A DNA stretch of 64,000 bases. Source: Candidatus Bipolaricaulota bacterium (GTDB lineage: Bacteria; Bipolaricaulota; Bipolaricaulia; RBG-16-55-9; DRXL01). The stretch is taken from assembly GCA_938091745.1 (NCBI GenBank), contig CALLJK010000015.1:179-64178 (forward strand), written 5' to 3'. Below the pieces are notes generated by a model, which was not told the origin of the DNA, did not search any database, and worked only from the letters and a program-made list of their open reading frames with translations. Both the position numbers and the translations under genes were made by a program. Shown here one piece after another: positions 28,935 through 38,032 of this stretch. Each line of letters starts with the position of its first letter. Position 1 is the first letter of the stretch.

Positions 28935-30092
28935 GTGGCACCATTGACGACATATCCCGTTCTACAAGTCGAAAATCTGACGATGCACTATACCACCCGC
29001 AAGGGTGCGGTCAAAGCTGTCGAGGACGTGAGCTTCTCCCTCGACAAGGGCGAAGCGCTAGGGCTCGTCGGCGAGTCCGGCTGCGGCAAGACTTCTGTGG
29101 CGTTGACGCTGCTCCGTTTGCTCCCAGAGAACGCTCAGTTCTTGGGTGGGCATGTCTATTTCTTCCGCGATGGCTCCGATGAAGCCCATGCCCGACGCGC
29201 TGTGGGGAAGCCCGTGAAGATCTTATTAGATGGGCAAGAGCACCAAGGCCGGCTCGTAGAAGTCGACAGATCGCAACTGGTGCTCGATGCGCGCCTCAAC
29301 GGGCGGACGCAGCAAATCAAGCTGGGACGAGACGACATCGCCCGCCTAGGAGTCGATCTGACAGCTCTCAGTGACGAAGAGATGCGCCCCATCCGCTGGA
29401 AGGGCATCTCGATGATCTTCCAAGCCGCGATGAACTCGCTGAACCCCGTCTACAAAGTCGGGGATCAGATCATCGAAGCGATGCAGACCCATATGCCTAT
29501 CCCCATCCCTGAGGCGCGGGAGCGAGTAGCTCAGCTCTTTCAGCTTGTCGGCTTGGACCGCCAGCTGATGGACCGCTATCCCCATGAGTACTCTGGAGGC
29601 ATGAAGCAGCGCGCTGTGATCGCCATGGCCCTCGCGTGCGATCCCGATATTATTATCGCTGACGAACCCACGACAGCCCTCGACGTCATCGTCCAAGACA
29701 AGATTTTACGCGAAATGCGTCAGATTCAGAAAAAGCTCAACATGAGCATGATTTACATCTCCCACGACATCGCGGTCATCGCTGAGGTCGCCGATAAAGT
29801 CGGGGTAATGTACGCCGGGGGGCTAGTCGAGTTTGGGCCTTCAGAAGCGATCTTCAAGAGCCCGATCCATCCCTATACGAAAGCGTTGATGTCGGCCTTC
29901 CCTTCAATTAAGGGGGAGAAGGTCAAACTGGCAGCACTCCCCGGTGAGCCTCCAGATCTCATCAAGCCTCCGTCGGGCTGCCGCTTCCACCCACGGTGCC
30001 CTTACGCGACAGAGATCTGTGAGCGCGAAGTGCCCAAATTTATCGAGCACAAGCCGAAGCAATACGCGGCTTGCTGGAATCCCTTAATGTAA
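28935..30092 (+). CDS. oppD: Peptide ABC transporter ATPase (OppD-like) with ~60-aa insertion
   Basis: Walker A GESGCGKT, signature [17 protein letters not shown], and C-terminal [10 protein letters not shown]...C...C. Confidence 0.9.
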   Translation: MAPLTTYPVLQVENLTMHYTTRKGAVKAVEDVSFSLDKGEALGLVGESGCGKTSVALTLLRLLPENAQFLGGHVYFFRDGSDEAHARRAVGKPVKILLDGQEHQGRLVEVDRSQLVLDARLNGRTQQIKLGRDDIARLGVDLTALSDEEMRPIRWKGISMIFQAAMNSLNPVYKVGDQIIEAMQTHMPIPIPEARERVAQLFQLVGLDRQLMDRYPHEYSGGMKQRAVIAMALACDPDIIIADEPTTALDVIVQDKILREMRQIQKKLNMSMIYISHDIAVIAEVADKVGVMYAGGLVEFGPSEAIFKSPIHPYTKALMSAFPSIKGEKVKLAALPGEPPDLIKPPSGCRFHPRCPYATEICEREVPKFIEHKPKQYAACWNPLM

Positions 30093-30113
30093 TTAAGATA
30101 GTTATAATAGTAG

Positions 30114-31157
30114 GTGATCACGGTGGCATTACAAACACAGACAAAGACAGAGACTCTCGTCCGCGTGGAGAACCTGCGCATGCTCTACCCCGTAGCTACA
30201 GGGGTCTTTGCCCGAGCGCGCAGCTTCATCCACGCTGTAGACGACGTGAGCTTTGAGATTAACCGCGGCGAGATCTTCGGGTTGATCGGCGAATCTGGCT
30301 GCGGCAAGACGACCACAGGGAAGCTGCTCGTCCGACTCATCGACCCAACGTCAGGGCATATCTATCTCCGTATCACCCAGGACCCCTCAACAGATTCCCA
30401 AGGGGAGCAGTTTGTGGACATCGCGACGCTCGAAGGACGCGCCTTGAAAGAATTTCGCCGCAACGCCCAAATGATCTTTCAAGACCCGTATGAGTCGCTT
30501 AACCCGCGCATGACGATCTTCGACATCGTCTCCGAGCCGTTGAGCATCCACGGGATCGGCAGCGTCTACGAGCGCGAGGAGCGCGTCGCGGAACTCTTGA
30601 GCTTAGTAGGGCTCACCCCCCCGGAAAGCTTTCTCTTTCGCTATCCCCATGAGCTGTCGGGCGGCCAACGGCAACGCGTGGCTATCGCCCGCGCTATGAT
30701 TTTAAATCCCAGCTTCATCGTCGCGGATGAGCCCACATCGATGCTCGACGTCTCCATCCGCACCGGCGTCATGAATCTAATGCTCGATCTGCGAGAAGAG
30801 TTCGGAATTAGTTATCTATATATCACGCACGATCTGGCCGTCGCGCGCTATATGTGCGACCGCATCGCCGTGATGTATCTGGGCAAGATCGTCGAGCTTG
30901 GCCCTACAGAAGAAGTCATTCAGAACCCGCTCCATCCCTATACGCGCGCGCTCATTTCCGCTGTGCCCATACCCGACCCAACAGTCGAGCGCCAGCCCAT
31001 CGAGATCAAGGGCGGCGTGAGCAAGCCCATCGATCCTCCTCCGCGGTGTCGGTTTTATGAGCGCTGCCCTATAGCAACGGAGCGCTGCGCTCAGAGTGAC
31101 CATCCCCCCTTGGAAGACAAAGGCCATGGTCACTTCGTTGCTTGCTATGAGATCTAA
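30114..31157 (+). CDS. oppF: Peptide ABC transporter ATPase (OppF-like)
   Basis: [25 protein letters not shown] and CRFYERC motifs. Confidence 0.9.
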   Translation: MITVALQTQTKTETLVRVENLRMLYPVATGVFARARSFIHAVDDVSFEINRGEIFGLIGESGCGKTTTGKLLVRLIDPTSGHIYLRITQDPSTDSQGEQFVDIATLEGRALKEFRRNAQMIFQDPYESLNPRMTIFDIVSEPLSIHGIGSVYEREERVAELLSLVGLTPPESFLFRYPHELSGGQRQRVAIARAMILNPSFIVADEPTSMLDVSIRTGVMNLMLDLREEFGISYLYITHDLAVARYMCDRIAVMYLGKIVELGPTEEVIQNPLHPYTRALISAVPIPDPTVERQPIEIKGGVSKPIDPPPRCRFYERCPIATERCAQSDHPPLEDKGHGHFVACYEI

Positions 31158-31677
31158 AGAACGCTCCTGGCGCTACCCCGTAGGAATTGGCCTGCTGGGG
31201 ATATTGCTCATTGCTTCGCTGGTTTTGCTCACCATAGCTGAGCAAAACTACAAAGCGTTCCGCGAGGCGCTCCAAGGTATAGAGTTTACAGTGCGCCTTA
31301 CGCTCTTTGAGCAGAGTGCTCCTCAAGAAGCACGCCTCCAATGGGCAGTAACAGTGACGATGCCTGCCCAGAAGGTCCCGGCATCGCTAGAGCTCTTAGA
31401 TTGGCATCTGTACAGCGCTGATGGAAGCACGTATCTAGGGTACTACACGAGCGGAGATGTCCAGATTGCGCTGGGACCTCAGACAGAGGTCCCTCTCGAA
31501 GCTACGATGAGAGGCCCCAACCTTGAGAAATTGCAGCGTCTCCAGGAGGAGTCTCCTCAAGAGACGGCACTGCTCTTCCAAGGAGTTGCGTTAGTGATGT
31601 TCCAGTTGCCCCAAAGAGAAGAGCGCAAGAAATTCCCCGTAGTTGGTGTCTTCATACTCCCAAAGGAGGGCGAATGA
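31147..31677 (+). CDS. Hypothetical single-pass membrane protein with beta-rich external domain
   Basis: N-terminal TM helix then alternating beta pattern; coupled to oppF. Confidence 0.65.
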   Translation: MRSKERSWRYPVGIGLLGILLIASLVLLTIAEQNYKAFREALQGIEFTVRLTLFEQSAPQEARLQWAVTVTMPAQKVPASLELLDWHLYSADGSTYLGYYTSGDVQIALGPQTEVPLEATMRGPNLEKLQRLQEESPQETALLFQGVALVMFQLPQREERKKFPVVGVFILPKEGE

Positions 31678-32042
31678 AATTCCTACGATGGCTCGCCCTT
31701 GCTCTTGCTGCCGGGATAGCTGCGGGGGCAAGCTCTGCCCTCCAAACACAAGAGCTTCTCGACTTCTCTTTTGTGTCGGGGAACATCGCGTATGCGCTGG
31801 TAGCTCTTGTAGGGTTGAGCGTAGGCTTTCTTGTCAGAGGGGTGCAAGAGGGGCTTCTTATGGCCCTGTCTATTACTCTTGTGGGCACCATTACGCTCTT
31901 CTTGGCGATCTATCTCCCCAACGTCGAGATCGCGGCAACGGCCCCAGAATTGATTCTGCGCTCTGTGTGGTGGGGGGCTCTCTCAATGTTTTTCTTGACG
32001 ATCATCGGCATGGTCGTGGGGCGGATTCTCTCTGGAGAGTAA
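31674..32042 (+). CDS. Hypothetical polytopic membrane protein (~4 TM)
   Basis: Four hydrophobic segments; ATGA overlap with the previous gene. Confidence 0.65.
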   Translation: MKFLRWLALALAAGIAAGASSALQTQELLDFSFVSGNIAYALVALVGLSVGFLVRGVQEGLLMALSITLVGTITLFLAIYLPNVEIAATAPELILRSVWWGALSMFFLTIIGMVVGRILSGE

Positions 32043-32534
32043 CTGAAGAACCAGACGTTCTAAAGGGCGTCTGAGCTTCGCTGGGAGCGAATCTGACGCC
32101 GGACTGACCGGAGCTACCAAGATCGCATATAACCCTGCCCGTTTCGCCCCCCAGATGTCTGTAAAGAGCTGATCCCCGATCATCACTGTCTCTGTCTCTT
32201 GTGTCTTGAGAAGTGCGAGCATATTTTTATAGCCGCGCGTGCGCGGCTTGCCCGCGCGCCACAGCGCGGGCCATAAGCTAAGCCCTTCTCTCAGCTGGGG
32301 GCGGTTTGTGCCGCCGTCGTTGCTGAGAAATCCCACGGCAAAACCTCGAGCGTGAAGCTCCCGCAAGAGCGTCTGCGCAGGCTCCGGCAGCACACGGCAG
32401 CCCCACTCTCCAAGGGTATTGTCTATATCGAAGATCAGCGCTCGGTACCCCGCATCCCATAAACGCTCGTAGTCAATCGCATAGATCGAAGGGCGTATCT
32501 CATCAGGGCAGAGAGAGTTCAGTAGGCGCTTCAC
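31983..32534 (-). CDS. YqeG-family HAD IIIA phosphatase
   Basis: LIFDIDNTL, LSND, KP and VMIGDQLFTDIWGAKRAG motifs. Confidence 0.9.
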   Translation of the reverse strand: MKRLLNSLCPDEIRPSIYAIDYERLWDAGYRALIFDIDNTLGEWGCRVLPEPAQTLLRELHARGFAVGFLSNDGGTNRPQLREGLSLWPALWRAGKPRTRGYKNMLALLKTQETETVMIGDQLFTDIWGAKRAGLYAILVAPVSPASDSLPAKLRRPLERLVLQLLSRENPPHDHADDRQEKH

Positions 32535-32794
32535 GGCTCAACTATAATATTCCCAATCGCTACGTACTCCCGCAACGTCTCCAGCAGACTCTGAACCTCC
32601 GGCCAAAAATCTGGCGCGACATAGTTTTTATAATACAGCTTGCCGTCGATGAGCTTCACGTCGCGGCGGGGATTGACTTTATGATCAAATGCCTTCAGGG
32701 CACTATCAAAGAAATGCACGTCTTGTTCAGGCAGCTCCACGTAGACCGTGAGCGCTTCACGAGCTGGTGGCGGCAGATCACTGAGATCGAGCAT
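32531..32794 (-). CDS. Small protein, DUF4911-like
   Basis: VYVELPEQDVHFFDSALKAFD...VAPDFWPEVQSLLETL fits the pattern I recall for DUF4911; coupled to mazG and yqeG. Confidence 0.5.
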   Translation of the reverse strand: MLDLSDLPPPAREALTVYVELPEQDVHFFDSALKAFDHKVNPRRDVKLIDGKLYYKNYVAPDFWPEVQSLLETLREYVAIGNIIVEP

Positions 32795-33443
32795 GGCTCT
32801 CTGCAATTTTGTTTTCGATCTCTTGGGCAAACCGAGCATTGAACCGCTTAAGCGCCAACTCTGGATCGAGCCCAAGTTCACGGGCTCGCGCCACAATCTC
32901 AAAGAGCAACGCGCCAAGACGTTGTTCATCGGGCTTGCTCAAGAGCGTCGCGACAGATGGCGGAGGCTGGACTGAAAACTCTTTGTTCGATTGCGTGGCG
33001 CGCTCTTGGAGCTTGCGCGCCTCGATCAGAGCTGGCAAAGCCGTCTTGGCTGACAGTCGTCGACCTTCTTGGCGCTTGATCTCCTCCCAGCGCCCTTTGA
33101 TCTGCTCCACATCTTGAGTAGATTCCGCTCCAAAGACGTGAGGGTGTCGCCGGAGCACTTTTGTATAGATCCCTCGCAGTACGTCTTGAAGCGTGAACTT
33201 TTTCTGCTCTTGCGCGATCTGGACGTGGAACGCCACGTGCAAGAGCAGATCACCGAGCTCGTCTTGGAGCTCGCGACTGTCGCCAGATTCAATAGCGGCG
33301 ACAGTCTCATACGCTTCCTCGATTAAGAGATTTTTCAATGACTCATGGGTTTGCGCGCGATCCCAGGGGCAGCCGCGCTCAGAGCGCAAGTGCGCCACAA
33401 GCTCTACTAAAGAGCGTAGCTCCAACTCTGAAGGCAGCTCCAT
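32778..33443 (-). CDS. mazG: MazG nucleoside triphosphate pyrophosphohydrolase
   Basis: GCPWDRAQTHESL, EEAYE, ELGDLLLHVAFH and RRHPHVF motifs. Confidence 0.93.
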   Translation of the reverse strand: MELPSELELRSLVELVAHLRSERGCPWDRAQTHESLKNLLIEEAYETVAAIESGDSRELQDELGDLLLHVAFHVQIAQEQKKFTLQDVLRGIYTKVLRRHPHVFGAESTQDVEQIKGRWEEIKRQEGRRLSAKTALPALIEARKLQERATQSNKEFSVQPPPSVATLLSKPDEQRLGALLFEIVARARELGLDPELALKRFNARFAQEIENKIAESHARSQ

Positions 33444-33447
33444 AGCC

Positions 33448-36400
33448 TTATTGCTGAGCACAGGGGATCTGCTCCGGCCCCTTGGTGATCCATTCGTCGA
33501 TGAAGCTCTTTATCCGACTCTCGTCGTACGATGAGAGCTTGTCTATTCGGCCCCACGCCGTGAGCGCGATCTGCTTGGGCTCTAGTCTGTCATACGGCGC
33601 GACGATCAGCCGACAGTATTTCTCGGCGTGCTCATTCTGGAGGCGCTTCAGGAGATTTTCTAGTTGCGTGATGGTCGTCGCGTCGGTCTCTGGCCCATAT
33701 TGAATGAGCACAGCGCCGCCACGCAGCGCCCGTACTTGAAGCTCCTCAGCGATCGATTCTTGGTGCACCCCAAAGACGATCTCTCCCTCAATATAAGCTC
33801 CTGACGTGGGCGGCGTCGAGCTATACGGCTCATGCTCTTGCCCGAGAGAGATCAGCTTAGACTCTTGAAGTGCTATGGGCATCCCTGGTTTGTCATCGCT
33901 CCACTTGCCTGTCACTTCATAGAGCATCTGGGCGACTTCGGTTGCTTTGTAGTTTGGGTTCTCTTGCTTGAGCTTTTCGAGCTGCTCGCGCATGTCCGCG
34001 AGCTTCTGCTGGTTCCGCGCGATGACCGCGAGCTGATACATCGCTTCTAAGCCGTCTTCGCCGAGTTTGCCTTCTCTTCCTACGAGCGATCTTTCCGCTT
34101 CCAAGATCTTCTGATAGAGATTCTTCTTCTGGTCATCAGTCGTTGCCACAGCGAGACCAGACTTATAGTAATTCTTCGCTTGCTCATAGTCGGCACGGCC
34201 AACAGCGACATCCCCAAGCCCTAGATACGCGTTGAGGGCTTGCTCGGGGGTCGGCCCCTGTTCTAAGATCGCCGTGTAATGTCGCACAGCCGACTCAAAG
34301 ATATGCTGTTTCTGATATTGCTTAGCTAACTGGAAGCGCGTCTCGAAGTCTTTGGGGTCAAGCTCAACGATACGCTCGCCTAGCTGCTCGCGCAGCTCGG
34401 CAGCCGCAGTGCGCTTAAAGCCTTCGCGATAGTTCTTCAGAGCTTCATCAGTCTGGCCCTGCTGGCGCTGCAAGTCCCCAAGCGCCATATACGCTTCAGC
34501 CAAATACGGCGACCCCTTGATCACCTGGGTGTACTGCTTCGATGCCTCCTCGAGATCGCCGAGCTCTTCGTAGGCACGCCCAAGCTTCAAGCGCACGTTA
34601 GGGTTGTTCTGGAGCTTGAGCGACTCCAGATAGAGCGAGACGGCGCGTTCGTGATCGCCCTTCTTCATAGCAATATCAGCCAAGGCTGTCACGATGCGCG
34701 GGTCATCGTAGCCGCGCTCAGTGCGCTCTTGCTCGCGCAGCTCCGTGTAGAGCGCTTCAGCTTTGTCCCAATCCTCCAAGCCAAAGTATGCTTCGGCCAT
34801 CTTCTGCTTTACTGTCTTGATCGCGGCCTTGTCCTTCTCTGGATCGAGCTTTTCTAGAGCTTTCTGATAGTATTCGAGGGCTATCGCGTAGTTCTTCAGG
34901 GACATCATCAAGTGCCCGTAGAGCCGCAATGGCCCGGGGTCAGTCGGAGCGAGCTCTGTAGCACGTTTGGTTATCTTGATCGCATCTTGGGTGCTTTGCT
35001 CATCCCCTTGAGTGAAGAGAAAGAGCCCGTACTGATAGTACGCTTGGGGATTATCGGGATCGAGCGCGATCAATTGGTCATAGAAGCTGCGATCCCCGCT
35101 GGCAGACTTTGCCGTCTCCAAGAGGTGCTGCACCGCTTTCTGAGAGTACTCTTTAATCTTTTGCTCAAGCTCTTGCAGCTTCGCTTCCTTGTTCTCGACG
35201 TTCTCTTGCTTTTCTAAGTTGGCCTTCTCTTGCTCAGCTTGTCTGAGCTTGACTTGATAGAGCCGCGCGATGTAGTAATCGAGATACCTCCCAAGCTCGT
35301 CGTCAGCCAGCGTGCCCCCTTGTAAGAGCCTCTCATAAGCTGCGATGGCTTCATCGATCTTCTCTTGCTGTTCCAACTGATATGCCGCGATCAACGGCAA
35401 GCGCAGCTCGATCTGCGCTGACGCTTTGGCTTGCTTAAGCCATTCGTCGAATCTCTCCACGCGCTGGCGCACTCGATAATCGCTCGCGATGCTCTGTTTG
35501 ACTTTCTCCCAGCTCTTGCGGTCCTCGAGCCGAATGAGCCAGAGCCCTTGAGCTGTCTGAATGAGATCGCTGACCTGACCAACTTGGAGCTGAGCGAGAG
35601 CGTCTTGGAGCTCCTTGGGTAGCTCGCTCACGGTGACGTAGCCCATGTCGCCGTTACGGTCTTTGAAGTCCGGGTCTTGGGAATATTCTCTCACTATTTC
35701 GGAGAAACTGGCGCCTTCGACTTTGAGCTTGTCTTTGGCTTCTTGCAGACGCTTGCGCGCTGGGATCAGCTCGTCTTCAGGGGCATCAGGCGCGATGGGC
35801 ACAAAGATTCGACTGAGTCGAACGCGTTCTAAGAAATTGCCCTGCTTGGCTGCGTCGAGCCATTGATTCATCAGGGCGTCTTCTCTCTCGCGCACCCAGT
35901 CACGACGGACATCCGATTGCGCCTGCTCGAACGTGCGTACCCGCTTATCTTCGACTTTAATGAGATGGAACCCGTAGCGCGTGCGCACCGGCTCGCTGAT
36001 CTTCCCAATATCGAGCGCAAACGCCGCGTCTTCAAATTCTTTCACCATCACGCCCTTGCCAAACCACCCTAAATCTCCGCCGTTCTCAGCGTTGCTCTTG
36101 TCGTCAGAATATTTCTTAGCGAGCTCAGCGAAGTCGGCGCCCTTGCCGAGCTGAGTTTTAATATCTTCGATCTTCTTCCGGGCCTCAGCGACCTGCTCTT
36201 CTGAAGCGTCCTCGGCAACGCTGACTAAGATATGTCGCGCTTTCACTTCAGGGGTGGCGTATTTTTCTCGGTTGGCTTCAAAGTACGCTTGCAGTTCAGC
36301 CGTCGACGGTCGGAGATACCCCAACAGATCGTTCATATAGCGCGTCTTGTTCTGCTCAATGAACTCTATCAATTGGGCATCGGTGACCTCAAGCTGACCG

Positions 36401-36966
36401 ACGACGGCTTCTTCAAGGAGCTCTTCTTTCAGTTGTGCTGCGACTTTATCACGGATCTGGCGTTGATAAGCTTGCAGCGAGCTACCGCGCTCGCGCAGGA
36501 TGCGCGCCAATTCTTTCTCGTCAATACCGTAGCGTTGGCGCAGCATGATCAAGAAATTCTCATACTCTTTCTTGTAGCGCTCATCGAGCTTCTTGGCAGG
36601 GACGCTGACGCCGCGTTTACGACTCTCTTGATCTTTTATAGTTCTCTCAATGAGACGATCAATCGCTTGGGCACGCCATTGTAACTGTCTGTATGCTCCA
36701 TCCGGCCCTTGAAGAGTCTGCTCGATATCTTGATTGAACTGACGTTGCTCGTTGAGGATCTCTTGGTAAGCTTGCTCGTACTGGTCCTTCCCAATCTTCT
36801 CCCCGTTAACGACAAGGACGACGTTTTCTTCTCTAGGGGCATTGCGCGCGCCAGGGTTAAACCCCACCGGGGAAAAGATCACTAGCGCCCCGGCCACGAA
36901 ACTGATGACCACAGCCCAAATCACGTACTTTCCGTATTTCTCAACAAGTTTGCGTATGGTGTGCAT
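33448..36966 (-). CDS. Giant membrane-anchored PpiD/PrsA-like foldase: TM + SurA-N + two parvulin domains + TPR array + degenerate DUF3105-like domain
   Basis: N-terminal TM. Parvulin ARHILV...FAELAKKYSDD...GGDLGWF...YGFHLIK and a second copy (VRLSRIFV...YSQD...GDMGYV). About 10 TPR-like repeats. C-terminal PYSSTPPTSG...APY...IALTAWG. Confidence 0.85.
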   Translation of the reverse strand: MHTIRKLVEKYGKYVIWAVVISFVAGALVIFSPVGFNPGARNAPREENVVLVVNGEKIGKDQYEQAYQEILNEQRQFNQDIEQTLQGPDGAYRQLQWRAQAIDRLIERTIKDQESRKRGVSVPAKKLDERYKKEYENFLIMLRQRYGIDEKELARILRERGSSLQAYQRQIRDKVAAQLKEELLEEAVVGQLEVTDAQLIEFIEQNKTRYMNDLLGYLRPSTAELQAYFEANREKYATPEVKARHILVSVAEDASEEQVAEARKKIEDIKTQLGKGADFAELAKKYSDDKSNAENGGDLGWFGKGVMVKEFEDAAFALDIGKISEPVRTRYGFHLIKVEDKRVRTFEQAQSDVRRDWVREREDALMNQWLDAAKQGNFLERVRLSRIFVPIAPDAPEDELIPARKRLQEAKDKLKVEGASFSEIVREYSQDPDFKDRNGDMGYVTVSELPKELQDALAQLQVGQVSDLIQTAQGLWLIRLEDRKSWEKVKQSIASDYRVRQRVERFDEWLKQAKASAQIELRLPLIAAYQLEQQEKIDEAIAAYERLLQGGTLADDELGRYLDYYIARLYQVKLRQAEQEKANLEKQENVENKEAKLQELEQKIKEYSQKAVQHLLETAKSASGDRSFYDQLIALDPDNPQAYYQYGLFLFTQGDEQSTQDAIKITKRATELAPTDPGPLRLYGHLMMSLKNYAIALEYYQKALEKLDPEKDKAAIKTVKQKMAEAYFGLEDWDKAEALYTELREQERTERGYDDPRIVTALADIAMKKGDHERAVSLYLESLKLQNNPNVRLKLGRAYEELGDLEEASKQYTQVIKGSPYLAEAYMALGDLQRQQGQTDEALKNYREGFKRTAAAELREQLGERIVELDPKDFETRFQLAKQYQKQHIFESAVRHYTAILEQGPTPEQALNAYLGLGDVAVGRADYEQAKNYYKSGLAVATTDDQKKNLYQKILEAERSLVGREGKLGEDGLEAMYQLAVIARNQQKLADMREQLEKLKQENPNYKATEVAQMLYEVTGKWSDDKPGMPIALQESKLISLGQEHEPYSSTPPTSGAYIEGEIVFGVHQESIAEELQVRALRGGAVLIQYGPETDATTITQLENLLKRLQNEHAEKYCRLIVAPYDRLEPKQIALTAWGRIDKLSSYDESRIKSFIDEWITKGPEQIPCAQQ

Positions 36967-37064
36967 ATCTGTTCACCTCAGAGTGAATGAAAAGAGATCC
37001 TATCGATTTCCTTGAGCCTTCGGTATCCTTGTATAATAAACCCTGGGTGGTGATCTGTCAAGCG

Positions 37065-37676
37065 ATGCGTGCAGTTGGTCTTGGGCTTTTGATGATCAGT
37101 CTGCTTGGGGCGTGGGGCACAAGCCAGCCCACCTTGATTACAGTAGTCGCTATAGACGCCGGGCACGGCGGCGACGATACCGGCGGCATCGGCATAGACA
37201 ATCTCGTGGAGAAAGATATAGTGCTGAAGATCGCACATCTGATCGCCCTGGAAGCAGTGAGCTTCCCCTATATAAAAATCACATTGACGCGCCACGATGA
37301 TCGCTATCTGTCACCCACAGAGCGCCTACAAAACGCCCCAGACGCACATCTCTGGGTCAGTCTTCACCTAGACTTCTCGTACGATCCCTGGATGCACGGA
37401 ATTACAATACTTATGCCAACCAGAGCTTCTCAGGCTACGCAAGCCCTCGCTGAAGCACTCCATCAAAGCATAAGAGCGACAACCAAAGAGCTAAGCTGGG
37501 AGACAAGGACAGCTCACCTCTGGCTGCGCCGACTGAATATACCCGCAGTACAGATCAATCTAGGATTTATCACAAACCCCGAAGAGGCGCGAAAACTCAA
37601 GCAACTCGCGTATCAACAACGCTTAGCCCGCGCGATCGTTCAGGGCATCGCCGACTTTCGTCGCTCTCAGTTTTAA
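37065..37676 (+). CDS. N-acetylmuramoyl-L-alanine amidase (Amidase_3) family protein, catalytic Glu apparently replaced
   Basis: IDAGHGG, EKD, TRHDD and SLH are present; the usual PAVLVExGF motif reads PAVQINLGF. Start uncertain (GTG ~37047 or ATG 37065). Confidence 0.8.
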   Translation: MRAVGLGLLMISLLGAWGTSQPTLITVVAIDAGHGGDDTGGIGIDNLVEKDIVLKIAHLIALEAVSFPYIKITLTRHDDRYLSPTERLQNAPDAHLWVSLHLDFSYDPWMHGITILMPTRASQATQALAEALHQSIRATTKELSWETRTAHLWLRRLNIPAVQINLGFITNPEEARKLKQLAYQQRLARAIVQGIADFRRSQF

Positions 37677-38026
37677 CTGACCCACATCAAGCGGGCCAAG
37701 TCTGCGCCATCTCCCTGGCGCGGTGGCAGCTTGAGCACACGTGTGTAGCCCCCAACGCGCCCAGTAAACTTTGGCGCCACCTCCGTGAAGAGCTTATCAG
37801 TGAGATCAGGATCCTGGAGCACCGAGAAAGCCAAGCGTCGCGCATAGAGATCATTGCGCTTCGCCCACGTCACTAAGCGTTCTGCTAACCGCGCGCTCTC
37901 CTTGGCTCGCGCCACGGTCGTGTCGACCTTGCCGTGCTCAATCAGTTCTTTCACGATATTTGCTAAGAGCGCCTTCCGATGAGCAGGAGCTCGATTGAGC
38001 TTGCGAAATTTCTTGCGATGCCACAT
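37673..38026 (-). CDS. rplQ: 50S ribosomal protein bL17
   Basis: MWHRKKFRKLNR..HRKALL, TTVARAKE and GGYTRVLK. Confidence 0.97.
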   Translation of the reverse strand: MWHRKKFRKLNRAPAHRKALLANIVKELIEHGKVDTTVARAKESARLAERLVTWAKRNDLYARRLAFSVLQDPDLTDKLFTEVAPKFTGRVGGYTRVLKLPPRQGDGADLARLMWVS

Positions 38027-38032
38027 AGTGCC

